A stretch of 64,000 nucleotides of DNA from Scyliorhinus canicula (taxonomy: Eukaryota): assembly GCF_902713615.1 (NCBI RefSeq), contig NC_052153.1:8071569-8135568 (forward strand), in the 5' to 3' direction. A model generated the notes under the pieces. It ran no database searches. It was not told the origin of the DNA and worked only from the letters and a program-made list of their open reading frames with translations. Of this stretch, positions 37,186 through 49,824 are shown piece after piece (positions within the stretch are counted from its first letter, which is position 1; each line of letters opens with the position of its first letter). Made by a program: the position numbers and the translations under genes.

Positions 37186-38334
37186 CGGTAGCCAGCATTC
37201 AAAATACATAATGAGATGCAATTTTTAAAGTAACAAGATTCTGGTGTCTAGACAAATGGTATATAGTTGCCAGCACCTTCAGAAGCAGACAAGAAGTTTA
37301 CACATAACAGCCAGAGAGGCGAGTTGTAAATCTAACAGCCAGGAGCCTAAACTAGTATTTAAGTCTTAAAGCTAAGGTGCAGAAACCTTCATAGAGGCAG
37401 TTTAATTATCTTTGCTGGGCCAGGAAAAGACGTTTACCAGACTTGACTATCCTCACTGTATTGTAATTATAATCTGCATTCAATTTATAGATTTACTTAA
37501 ATTTGGATATTGTTTGGGTAGTCGTATAGTTTGGAACAAGGGGTAAGTTCTATATAATTTGAGCGTGTGTTTATTGATTCATATACTTAATTGTCCTAGA
37601 GTATGATGGGCCTGTTTGGGTATATTTGTTTTTAATTTAATTAATAGCCGTTAATAATTGTTACACGATGGCTGGGCTTATTACTCTCACTGGATTTTCA
37701 CTTGTCCCCTCACACCATTCCAAAACAAACCAAAATTATACACCTCCACGAACCGGTATTCCAAATTGGGATACCCTGGTAGATACCATCAGCATGGTTC
37801 GTGACAGCGCATATTTGTGTTATCATTAAGGCCATGTATTTCCACCTCTAATATTCCCTATGTCCAATCCTGCATCAGCTCATCTGATGCTGAAACCCTC
37901 GTTCATGTCTTCATTACCTCGAGACCTGACAATCACAAAGTTTGAATATTGCTGAAAAGAGAGACATGTTACCGAAGCTTACTCATCAAGACAAACACAA
38001 GAATGCCAAATTTCAAATGATTACGACAATTTATACTACAGGTGAAAAGGAGAGCTGATTTGTTAGTGAGTCAACACTGATTGGCCAAGGTTTTGCAATG
38101 GAGAACGCAACAGGAAACTATAGGCTCCCAAAGCTCCTGGGTAACATAAAAGGCGCAAAGTTTGAACATATTCCTTTAGATTGCAGTGAACGGGTCCCAA
38201 CTTAAATTGGTTGTTGGTGTAGCTATTAATACACTCGAGATTGTTTAGCATGTGCTGACCAATGATGGAATTGGCATATTGTTTACACCGCAGACAAGGC
38301 GGTCACATAGCATCTCGGGTAGAGATGGCACATA

Positions 38335-38830
38335 GTCTCAGTGTTCTGCCAGTTTGCGTAATGGTGCAAGAAACTCAATAAACAGGGCTCTCTTGGCCAT
38401 ATTAAATCGGTACCTTTGGACAATGACTGATGGCTTGGGGATGTAATAGTTTGTCAGAAGTGCCACCAATTCCTCAAATGTCTTGGAGTCTGGGCCGCAG
38501 GGTAGGTTCTCTATGGTGCTGAAAGTGGGGGCCCCACAGGTGGTCAAAAGGACTATCTTCTGCCGATCTTCCCCAGTAATAGTGTTTGCCCTGAAGAAAT
38601 ATCACATCTGCTCCACGTACTGAGCCAGTCTTCCATTCTTGCATAAAATGGGTTGAGTCTACCAAAGAGCGGCAGGTTTGAAACAGTGCAAATCTTGCTC
38701 CTTTGCATTGAGAACCAGACATAGTTTGAGTGGCCAACAGCATCATCTATAGTTCCATTTTATCCTCATCATCAATATTCCAGTCAATGAAGAGTCCCGA
38801 AAAGGTGAATCAAAAGTAGTTTATTTCCTA
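38335..38830 (-). mobile_element. Gypsy gag fragment
   Basis: CGAPTFSTI...PDSKTFEELVALLTNYYIPKPSVIVQRYRFN...FLAPLRKLAEH. Confidence 0.6.
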
Positions 38831-39043
38831 CTCACAGCTAGGAAACTATAGGCTCCCAAAGCTCCTGGGTAACATAAACGGTGCAAGGCTTGAACATATT
38901 CCTTTTGGTTGCAGTGAACGGGTCCCGACTTAAATCGGTTGTTGGTGTAGCTATTAGTACACTCGAGATTGTTTAGCATGTGCTGACCAATCATTAAGCA
39001 ACTTAAGAAATTAAGCAACAGTCACAGTCCCAGCCGGGACTAT

Positions 39044-40045
39044 TGTCATGGGAGTGTACCTTTAAGAAATGATTTTGTCTTATCACATGACTTCAGTGAT
39101 GTAATTGTGTGGTGGAGCTGGGCTGTGGCCCTGGGAGTTGGTTTTACTTTCGCTTTGGTTTGGGCTCTGAGTTTTTGCTTTCATTTTCACATTTGGCTGC
39201 TGTACTCAGAAAGAGAAGTATCGTAGCCTGTCTCTCTAGCTTCATTTTAAAAGCTATTTCCAGACTGCTTGATAACTTGAAAATAAATAATTGCTTTCTG
39301 GAAGAAATTTAAACCTGCTGTTTTGGAAAGGAAATAAGAGTATCCATACCAGGTCTTGAGTGCTGTGTCCTGGGCCACACCTTTGAAAAGGGGGTACTGG
39401 TTTATGGGATCTTGTTATTAAATTGGAACAGTTAAAGGGGGAATTTATTTTTTTGATAAACAATTTTATTGATAAAAGGGAGAATTTATTAAAGGTAATA
39501 CACAGATTACTGTAGCTGTGAGGGGTATTTATTTTGGTAGTTGATAAAAATGCTTAGTGTGGGTGTTTATAAAAATGTTAACTAGCTTTTTTTTGATTAA
39601 AAGTGCTTAAGGCCTCTGTTGAATAACACCTGAAAGGTAGGCCCCTATGCTCATCGTAGCCAAAATCAATAAACAGTTGTAGGTCAGGTGAACTCCATGA
39701 TATACTTTGGAGGTTTCTAAACCGTGGCTCGTAAACAATTGGGGGCTTGTCCGGGATTTTAAAATGTATCTTTTGTGATTGGGTTGGCTTAGTGAACTTA
39801 AAGACAGTGAGGGGTGAGCATATTTGTGTTTGCTTTTCAGGTGTTGTATTCCAGTTTAAGTAGGGAGTGTGTTGTGGACAATGGCTCTTTCAGAGGCTCA
39901 GATATTTTTGGGGGTGGAGAAAACAGAAACTTAAAAAAAGGCTTTTAGATTTGGCAAAAACATTGCAGTTAACATTGCCTGACAAAATACGAAAAGAGGA
40001 GGCAATTGCAGCAGTAGCTGAGCGTTTAAAATTGCCTGAGGCATA
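39044..40045 (+). mobile_element. LTR (39044-39737), tRNA-Pro PBS and start of gag, truncated
   Basis: TG...CA ends; PBS tgggggcttgtccgggat at 39740-39757 (17/18 match to the tRNA-Pro 3' complement); same family as the solo LTR at 11888. Confidence 0.75.
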
Positions 40046-40656
40046 ATAACTTTCAAAAGGAATTGGATAAATATTTGAGGAGAAACAATTACAGGGCTAT
40101 GGGGAAAGAGCGGGTGGGTTGGCACTAATCGGCTAACTCTTTCATAGAGCTTGGACAGGCCAAGTGGTCTCCTCCATAGAATCCCTACAGGGCAGGAGGA
40201 GCCAATTCGGCCCATCGACTATGCACCAACCCTCCGAAAGAGCACATTCTTAGATCCCCTCCCCCGGCCTATCCCCGTAACCTAACCTAACCTGCACATC
40301 TTTGGACACTAAGGGACAATTCAGCATGGGCAATCCATCTAACCTGCACATCTTTGGACTATGGGAGGGAACCGGAGCACCTGGAGGAAACCCATGCAGT
40401 CACAGTGAGAAAGTGCAAACTCCATACAGTCGCTCAAGGCCAAACTTGAATTTGGGTGCCTGGCATTGTGAGGCAGTGGTACTAAGCACCGTGCCACTGT
40501 GTACTATATTATTCTGTGATAACCCATAGACCTCTGATTGGCAAGTTGTATGCTGGAGTTTATTTGGATACTTGTCATGTTTTTGCTGTCATAACTAATG
40601 CTTTATTATCACTCTGGCACCCAATTTTCAATTTGTACTTAAAAAACGTCTTTAGC

Positions 40657-41152
40657 CAAGGGTTCTTTAAACGGTGGCAACCTTTCCTCGACTTTCTGGC
40701 CCAAGGGTTCTTTAAACGGTGGCAACCTTTCCTCGACTTTCTGGCTCAACGATAGGGTACTGGGACAGTNNNNNNNNNNNNNNNNNNNNNNNNNNNNNNN
40801 NNNNNNNNNNNNNNNNNNNNNNNNNNNNNNNNNNNNNNNNNNNNNNNNNNNNNNNNNNNNNNNNNNNNNNNNNNNNNNNNNNNNNNNNNNNNNNNNNNNN
40901 NNNNNNNNNNNNNNNNNNNNNNNNNNNNTTATTTTATTTAAATTTGATTTATCTAATTTTAATTTATGGTTAAGTTCTCTTGTTTGGGGGGGGGGGTGGG
41001 GGAATGTGATACATGTGATGTTACGGTATGGGGGGAATTGTGGGTGTTATGGGGCTGTTAGTTGCATATTACTGCTTTTTGCTATACTTTTTGTTATATT
41101 TTCTGCAAAAAATTCCAATAAAAAATTAAAAAAAAAAAAAAACAAAAAAAAA
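40657..41152 (+). mobile_element. 5'-truncated L1 3' end (contains a 159-N gap)
   Basis: FFKRWQPFLDFLAQR*; A tail; TSD aaaaaacgtctttagc. Confidence 0.85.
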
Positions 41153-42023
41153 AAAAACGTCTTTAGCAAAGAAAAATGTCCCATGGTGTTTCACTGAGGG
41201 ACACATGATAATAAATGGCAGTAAAGTCTACAAAGGAGCTAGCAGGAGTGGGCTACCAAAATCTGGTCACAGAAGGTGGATGGAATTAGGTACGGAATTT
41301 CAGAGCTTTGTGCCCACCAAGTGGCTGCCAAGAGCTGGGTGAAGGAACAGATAGGAGTCAGAAGAAATTGAGGGTTTTGGCTGGGTTTGTCATTACAGGA
41401 CTACTTGGAGATGGTGAGGCAAAGGAACATGGAGGTGTTCGATGGGGGTGGGTTGAGGGTGGCTGCGTCGGATGTGGTCAGTGCCCCAAAGGTGGGAAAA
41501 GAAAGGCTTTGAGGTACCTATGACTGGACAAGAGTACAATTAAACAAAAATAGTTCCAATGTACATTGAGAGTGATAGGGCGGCATGGTGGCACAGTGGT
41601 TAGCACTGCTACCTACAGCGCTGAGGACCCGGGTTTGATATCAGCCCCGGGTCAGTATCTGTGTGGAATTTGCACATCCATGACCTAAAGATGTGCAGGG
41701 TAGGTGGATTGGCCACACTAAATCTCTGTTTACACAGAGGGTAGTGGGTGCCTGGAACTCACTGCCGGAGGAGATGGTGGAAGCAGGGACGATAGTGATG
41801 TTTAAGGGGCATCTTGACAAATACATTAATAGGATGGAAATAGAGGGATACGGACCCCAGAAGTGTAGGTGATTTTAGTTTATACAGGCAGCATGGTTGG
41901 CGCAGATTTGGAGGGCCAAAGGGCCTGTTCCTGTGCTGTACTTTTCTTTGTTCTTTGTAAATTACTCCTTAATTGCAAAAAAATAATTTGAGTACTCTAA
42001 ATTTATAATTTAAAAACATTGAG

Positions 42024-42952
42024 TGTGATGAATATAGGAATTACAGATATATTATATTTTATTTGGTGCAGTAAAGGTTAAATGGCTGTGTTCATGTGTG
42101 ACTGCTGCAGTAGTGTTTTTAAAGAATCATGGTTTGAGAGGTTTTGGAAGCCAGGGGTGCCATTAACACATTGTAAATGCTGGGCTAATTGAGTTTTGTT
42201 TGGACTAAGTGGATTCCCTGTGGAGTTAATTGGATACATATTCCCTGTGGAGTTAATTAGATACATGTGTTTCAGCTTGGTAAAATTATGTGATTAATGT
42301 GAGGAGCTAAATTATCAGGCATTTTGCACAAATGCAGTTTTAGTTGAGTTTAAGATTGGGATGTGAGCAGACGTCAAGCATCTGCTCTCACTGCTGTTCA
42401 GTTAAAGATTTGACTAGCGACAGACCTGAAACAGAATTTACCTGTGAACAGGATAGGCCGTGAATTGAGACAGACAGGAGTTTTCCGTTGGTTCTAGAGA
42501 TAGAAGACAAATCACAAAGACAGTTTCTGAAGACTTCAGCTAGAAATCCTGCCATGTTCGGACAAGATTCAGGTCTATCTCTTCCAACAGTCTCAAAGTA
42601 GAGTATCCAGATATCTCTATACAGCAGGTATTCCTGAGTGCTGATGGTATTTGAAAATGGATTGTGAGTTGAGATACTTTTGTTGTATGAGTGGGAATAA
42701 AGATAGCAGTTAAGGGTTACTCTATTCATTATATTTATTAGCATTGTGTAAGGGGTAATTGTAAGCTATTTTTCACGTGTGATATTTTAATATTGTGTCA
42801 GTAATAAAGTTTGATTTAATATACCATATCCCTATTTTGTGTGAACTCATTTCTGGGGTGAGGTATCCGTTCCTCACAGTCATACAAAATTAAAATACAA
42901 TAATGGGGTTTCTGTCCAAGCCACCATTGGGGTCTGGTCTAGGATTGTAATA
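42024..42952 (+). mobile_element. Possible solo LTR
   Basis: TGTGATG start, AATAAA ~42803, decayed TGTAA(C>T)A end; no clear TSD. Confidence 0.4.
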
Positions 42953-44547
42953 GGAGAGATCATTAAAGAGGATGCTGTTGTCAACTATGTCAGACATTAC
43001 AGAGAAGATGAAGAGAGATAATGTATCACTGTCTAACAGAAAGCAATTGGGGGAGAGGGCGGCAAATTGGTAACGTCGCTGGATTAATAACCCAGAGGCA
43101 CCGGTCAATAATTTGGGGACAAGGGTTCAAATCCCACCATGGCAGCTAGTGGAATTTAAATTCAGTTAATAAACCTAGACTCGGGGCGGCATATGGCGCT
43201 GTGGTTAGCACTGGGACTGCGGTGTTGAGGACCCGGGTTCGAATCCTGGCCCTGGGTTGCTGTCCGTGTGGAGTTTGCACATTCTCCCCATGTCTGCATG
43301 GGTTTCACCCCCACAACCCAAAGATGTGCAGGTTAAGTGGATTGTCCACGCTAAATTGCCCCTTAATTGTAGAAAAAAAAGTCTGGTAAATTTATTTTTT
43401 AGAAACCTAGACTCCGTAATAGTGACCATGAAACTATCATTGATTGTTGTAAAAATTAATAATCTCTTTAGGGAAGGAAATCTACTATCCTTACCTGGTC
43501 CAGCCTGCATGTGATTCCAGACCTATAGCAGTGTGGTTGACACTTAATAGCCCCCCTGAAATGACCTAGTAAGCCACCCAGTTCAAGGGAAATTAGGGAT
43601 GGTCAACAAATGCTGACCCAGCTGGAGATGCTGTCAGCCTATGAAAGAATAAACAAAAGAGGAATTTTAGTTGGGAACACTTTTCAGAGCTCAGAAGGAC
43701 TGATTGTAGAACATCAAATTGCAGAAGAGGAGGCCACACATCTAGGAGACCATGGTCAACAATTATGAATAGGAAAACAAGTTTTGGAGGCGGGTCAATA
43801 GTTTGACAGACATGGTGGCCAAGGGTATTTGCTGAAAATCCTTTCATGGGGACTTCCGGTGTGCATCATGGAGTGAGTGATCACACAGAGGCAGCTCCTG
43901 CCTCAGGTTACAAAAAAGAGCTCTTTTTTAAGCAACACGGGTTGGAATTTCGATGAAAAGGCGTAGATGAATGTTCGAGGAGTACTTTCCCCCAGGAATA
44001 GTATGTTTCTTGGTTATCAGACCCTCAGAAACAGTGCAAGATTTGTCTGAAGCAGCAGCAAACAAAAGCCTCTGCAAGCATGCAAGCGGGGGAAGGGCCA
44101 GCTTAGAGGTCTCAAGCTGACTTGAGGGCCTTTATGAAAGCTGAATTCTAGCAGCAGAGGGAAGAACTGTGAAAAGATCTCACCAAGGCCATTGAAGAAG
44201 CGGAGACGGACTTCCGGTAGCGGTGATGCGGAGCTAAGCCGCACGTTCAGTGGCTCCCACTATTTCCGGACTTTGGGGCTCTTTTAAGGGCTCGTAGTGG
44301 TGCTGTTTGGACTTTTCCCCATGTGGGAACACTCCTTCTCAGATTCTCCACCGGTGGATGGCCTGGACTAGGAGTGGAGCGGTCAGAAAATCGGCTTTGG
44401 AGATTTCCAGTTGCGGCTATGCGGAGCTAAGCCGCACCTCAGCTCCCGCTACTTAAGGACTTTTGGGCCGATTTGAGGGCCCCAAACGGTGCTGTCTCGA
44501 CGAATCCCGGTGGGGGAAGGTGTCTAGAGGAGCATTCCCCATAATTT

Positions 44548-45390
44548 ATGGTGCTCACCCGGAGTGGGGCAAAGGAAAAAGCTGCAGCAGCTCCCCAAGA
44601 AAAGCGGGGGAAGGACAAAATGGCGGCTGGCAGAACACCCGAGGATTGGTGGAAGTGGCCGCAGGAGCAGCAGGCCTCTCTTCTGCGCTGTTTTGCGGAG
44701 CTGAAGGCTGAGTTGCTGGACTCCCTGAATGCGACTACAAACAAGCTGCTTGGGGCCCAGGCGGCCCAGAGGGTGGCCATTCGGGAGTTGCAGCAGCAGG
44801 CCGCTGATCGGGAGGAGGAGGCCGTGGTCCTCGTGGGGAAAGTGGAGTTGCACGAGGCACTTCACAAAAAGTGGCAAGACCGCTTGGAGGAGCTGGACGT
44901 TCGCATGAGGCGAAAGAGTTTGAGGATCCTGGGCCTGGCGGAGGGGCTGGAGGGGTCGGATCTCCCGTCGTACGTGACCACGATGTTGAGCTCGTTGATG
45001 GGAGCGGGATCCTTCCATTTGCCCCTGGAGCTTGAGGGAGCCCACAGAGTGCTGGCCAGGAGGCCTAAGGCAAATGAACCCCCGCGGGCGGTGCTGGTGC
45101 AGTTCCATCGATTTAGTGACCGGGAGTGTGTGCTGCGCTGGGCCAAGAAAGAGAGGAGCAGCAAGTGGGAGAATTCAGTAGTGTGAATCTACCAGGACTG
45201 GAGTGCAGAGGTGGCTAAGCAGCGGGCCGGGTTCAACCGGACAAAGGCGGTGCTGCATGCCAAGCAGGTCAGATTTGGAATGCTGCAGCCTGCGCGTCTG
45301 TGGGTGACATATAAGGACCGGCACCACTACTTCGAGTCCCCGGAGGAGGCGTGGCCTTTGTACAGGCGGAGAAGCTGGACTCGAACTAGG
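44548..45390 (+). pseudogene. L1 ORF1 (coiled coil plus RRM-like), interrupted
   Basis: LEELDVRMRRKSLRILGLAEGLEG...LEGAHRV...PPRAVLVQFHRF; TGA at 45184 where IYQDW continues; MLQPARLWVTY. Confidence 0.8.
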
Positions 45391-46046
45391 GTCTGGGGAC
45401 ACACTATGGCCGTTGCTGTTTTCGCTGTTGCTGTTCTTCAATTTTGACACGTGTTTTTTTTACGCTGGTTTTCTTTTTGCTCTGTTTCCGGGTGGGTTTG
45501 TCTGTTGGGTATGGGTGTGGTGTATGTGGGGAACGTTGGGGGTATGTGCTTTATATGTTCTCTTCTGTACGGGGCTGGGGGTTGGGGTGAAACTGGATTT
45601 TGAGGAGCTGCGTCAGAAGGGTGGGGTGTGGCAGTGTGAAAGCGCGGGCTTTCCTCTGGTTGTCCGCGCTGCGGGGCGGGGGGGGGAGCTGGAGGTGGGG
45701 GCGTGGCCTCTACTGGTTTTCTTTCCCGCGCTGAAGCGGTGCCAAGGAGGTGTGGCAAGAGGGGGATGACCCCATGCCGGGAGGAGATGGGTTTTGGCAG
45801 GAGCTGCCGGGTCAGCAGAAGTCAGCTGACTCACGGAAGTACCATGGAGGGTGCGTCGCGGCTAGGAGGGGTCCTAGCCTGGGAGGGTGGGGGGGGGGGG
45901 GGGGGGGGGATGGGGGGGATACCGTTGCTGGAATGGCCAGGAAGGAGCTGGTGTGGGCCGGGGGGGGGGGGGAGAGGAGAGGCGTTATCGCCATGGGGAA
46001 CGGGTCAGGCGGGGCGAGCTGGCCTGGGGCGAGCAGTCGATAAGCT

Positions 46047-49000
46047 ATGGCTAGCCGGCGGGGGAGAGGGGCAGGTTGCCCTCTGATCCGGCTGATTACC
46101 TGGAACGTGAGGGGGTGGAATGGGCTGGTTAAGAGAACTAGGGTATTTTCTCATCTGAAGGGGCTGAAGGCGGACGTGGCTATGCTCCAGGAGACCCACT
46201 TGAAGGTGGCGGATCAGGTTCGTCTGAGGAAGGGGTGGGTGGGGCAGGTTTTCCATTCAGGATTGGACGCGAAGAACCGGGGGATGGCGATTCTGGTGGG
46301 GAAGAGGGTGGCGTTCGAGGCGGCTGAGGTGGTGTCGGACAAGGAGGGCAGATATATCATGGTGAAGGGTAGGCTGCAGGGCGAGAAGGTGGTGCTGGTT
46401 AATGTATATGCCCCGAATTGGGATGATGCCGGCTTCATGAGGCGCTTGTTGGGCCGCATTCCGGACCTGGAGGCAGGGGGCCTGATCATGGGGGGAGACT
46501 TTAACACAGTGCTGGATCCCCCACTGGACCGGTCCAGTTCAAGGACGGGTAGGAGACCGGCGACGGCCAAAGTGCTGAGGGGGTTTATGGACCAGATGGG
46601 AGGGGTGGATCCCTGGAGGTTTGGGAGGCCGAGAGCGCGGGAGTATTCCTTTTTCTCCCATGTCCATAGGGTCTATTCCCGAATAGATTTTTTCATCCTG
46701 AGCAGGGTATTGATCCCGAAGGAGCAGGATGCAGAGTATTCGGCCATAGCGATTTCAGACCATGCTCCGCACTGGGTTGATCTGGAGATGGGTGAGGCGC
46801 GGGACCAGCGCCCGCTCTGGCGCCTGGATGTGGGGCTGCTGGCTGATGAGGAGGTGTGTAGGAGGGTCCTGGGAAGTAGTGAGGGGTATCTTGATACCAA
46901 CGACACGGGGGAGGTCCGGGTGGGGATGGTCTGGGAGGCTCTGAAAGCAGTGATCCGGGGGGAGCTGATCTCCATCCGGGCCCATAGGGCAAGGAGGGAG
47001 AGGAAGGAGAGGGAGAGACTGGTGGGGGAGCTCCTGGATGTGGACAGGAGATACGCGGAGGCACCGGAGGAGGGGTTTCTAGGGGAACGGTGTAGTTTGC
47101 AGGCCAAATTTGACTTGTTGACCACCAGAAAGGCGGAGACACAGTGGAGGAGGTCGCTGGGCACGGTATATGAGTATGGGGAGAAGGCGAGCAGGATGTT
47201 GGCGCATCAGCTCCGCAGGCGAGATGCGGCTAGGGAAATTGGTGGAGTGACGGATCGGGGTGGGAATGTAGTGCAGAAGGGGACAGAAGTAAATGGGGTC
47301 TTTAGGGACTTCTACGAGGAACTGTACCGGTCAGAACCTCCGATGGGGAGAGGGGGGATGGAGAGCTTCATGAACAGGCTATGGTTCCCAAGGGTTCAAG
47401 AGGAGCTGGTAGAGGGGCTGGGGGCGCCGATAGAGTTGGAGGAGCTAGTCAGGGGGATTGGACAAATGCAGTCAGGTAAGGCGCCGGGGCCGGACGGGTT
47501 CCCGGTGGAATTTTATAAAAAGTATGCGGATCTGTTGGTGCGAGCCTTCAATCAGGCATGGGGGGGGGGCTTTGCCCCCGACGATGTCGCGGGCACTGAT
47601 CTCTCTGATCCTGAAGCGAGATAAGGACCCCTTGCAGTGTGGATCATACAGGCCTATCTCGCTCCTCAATGTTGACGCTAAGTTGCTGGCGAAGATCCTG
47701 GCCACCAGGATAGAGGACTGTGTGCCGGGGTGATACACGAGGATCAGACAGGATTTGTCAAGGGACGGCAGCTCAACACGAATGTGCGGAGACTACTAAA
47801 TGTTATTATGATGCCGGCAGTGGAGGCGGAGGCTGAGATAGTGGTGGCGCTGGATGCGGAGAAAGCATTTGATAGAGTTGAGTGGGGGTACCTGTGGGAG
47901 GTGCTGGAGCGGTTCGGATTCGGGGAGGGATTCATCAAATGGGTGAGGCTGCTCTACGTGGCTCCGATGGCAAGTGTAGTTACCAATGGAAGGAGATCGG
48001 AGTACTTTAGGCTCTACCATGGGACCAGGCAGGGGTGCCCTCTGTCCCCCTTGCTCTTTGCACTGGCGATTGAACCTTTGGCTATGGCGTTGAGGGAGTC
48101 AGGGAGATGGAGGGGTCTGGTGCGGGGTGGGAGGAACATCGTGTATCGCTGTATGTGGGCGACCTGCTGTTGTATGTGGCGGATCCAGAAGGGGGAATGC
48201 CGGGGGTGATGGAGCTGTTAGCGGAATTTGAGGGCTTCTCGGGCTATAAGTTAAATTTAGGCAAGAGTGAGGTATTTGTAGTACACCCGGGTGATCAGGA
48301 GGAGGGAATTGGGAGACTCCCATTTAAGAGGGCAGTGAAGAGTTTCAGATACCTGGGGGTGCAGGTGGCCAGGAGTTGGGGGACTCTCCATAAGCTTAGT
48401 TTTACCAGGCTGGTGGAGCAGATGGAGGAGGAATTTAAAAGGTGGGACATGGTGCCGCTATCGTTGGCGGGTAGAGTGCAGTCCGTCAAAATGACAGTTC
48501 TCCCGAGGTTCTTGTTCCTTTTTCAGTGTTTGCTCATCTTTATCCCTAGGGCCTTTTTTTAGAAGGGTGACTAGCAGCATCATGAACTTTGTTTGGGCGC
48601 ATGGGACCCCGAGGGTGAAGAGGGTCTTCTTGGAGTGGGGTAGAGATGGGGGGGGCTGGCGTTACCCAATCTCGCGGGGTATTATTGGGCGGCCAATGTG
48701 TCGATGGTGCGCAAGTGGGTAATGGAGGGGGAGGGGGCAGCATGGAAATGGATGGAGAGGGCGTCCTGTGGAGATACAAGCCTGGGGGCCCTGGTAACGG
48801 CGACGTGGCCGCTCCCTCCTACGAGGTATACCACGAGTCCGGTGGTGGCGGCTACCCTCAAGATTTGGGGGCAGTGGAGGCGACATAGGGGAGAAGTGGG
48901 GGGCTCAATGGAGGCTCCGTTAAGGGGGAACCATAGGTTCGTCCCGGGGAACATTGATGGGGGATTTCAGGGTTGGCACAGAGCGGGCATCAGACAGCTG

Positions 49001-49824
49001 AGGGACCTGTTTATTGATGGGAGGTTTGCAAGCCTGGGGGAGTTGGAGGAGAAATTTGGGCTCCCCCGGGGAACATGTTCAGGTATCTGCAGGTAAAGGC
49101 ATTTGCTAGGCGGCAGGTGGAGGGATTCCCTTCGCTTCCCGCGAGGGGGGTGAGCGACAGGGTGCTTTCGGGGGTCTGGGTCGGAGAGGGGAAGATATCT
49201 GATATCTACAAGGTTATGCAGGAGGCGGAGGAGGCGTCAGTAGAGGAGCTGAAAGCTAAGTGGGAGGGGGAACTGGGGGAACAGATCGAAGACGAGACAT
49301 GGGCTGATGCCCTGGAGAGGGTTAATTCTTCCTCCTCGTGTGCGCGGCTTAGCCTCATCGAATTCAAGGTGCTGCACCGGGCCCACATGACTGGGACGAG
49401 GATGAGTAGGTTCTTTGGGGGTGAAGACAGGTGTGTCAGGTGCTCGGGGAGTCCAGCGAACCATGCCCATATGTTCTGGGCATGCCCGGCACTGGAGGAG
49501 TTCTGGAAGGGGGTGGTGAGGACGGTGTCGAGGGTGGTGGGATCCAGGGTCAAGCCAGGATGGGGACTCGCGATTTTTGGGGTTGGGGTGGAGCCGAGAG
49601 TGCAGGAGGCGAAAGAGGACGGTGTGCTGGCCTTTGCGTCCCTAGTAGCCCAGCGAAGGATCTTGCTACAATGGAAGGATGCGAGGCCCCCAAGCGTGGA
49701 GACCTGGATCAATGACATGGCGGGTTTCATTAAGCTAGAGAAGGTCAAATTCGCCCTGAGAGGGTCGGTACAAAGGTTCTTTAGGCGGTGGCAACCTTTT
49801 CTCGACTTTCTGGCTCAACGATAG
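46047..49824 (+). pseudogene. L1 ORF2 (APE endonuclease, RT, C-terminal zinc knuckle), frameshifted
   Basis: TWNVRG, LQETH, VNVYAPN, GGDFN, SDH, GPDGFP, LDAEKAFDRVEW, GTRQGCPLSP, RYLGV, C..C...HMFWAC; catalytic YADD reads YVGD. Confidence 0.88.

Larger units (their letters stand above)
29173..37806 (+). mobile_element. Degenerate Gmr1-like LTR retrotransposon (gag-PR-INT-RT order) with many nested insertions
   Basis: Direct LTR similarity 29655-29796 vs 37659-37806; decayed tRNA-Pro PBS ~29804; gag LREIILLEQFKDSLP (30817-30900); LGNDIAG; integrase FEEPFTRVLIDCVGPL (~32490); RT remnant FITKIDL..YWQVPMT at ~34840. Confidence 0.75.
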
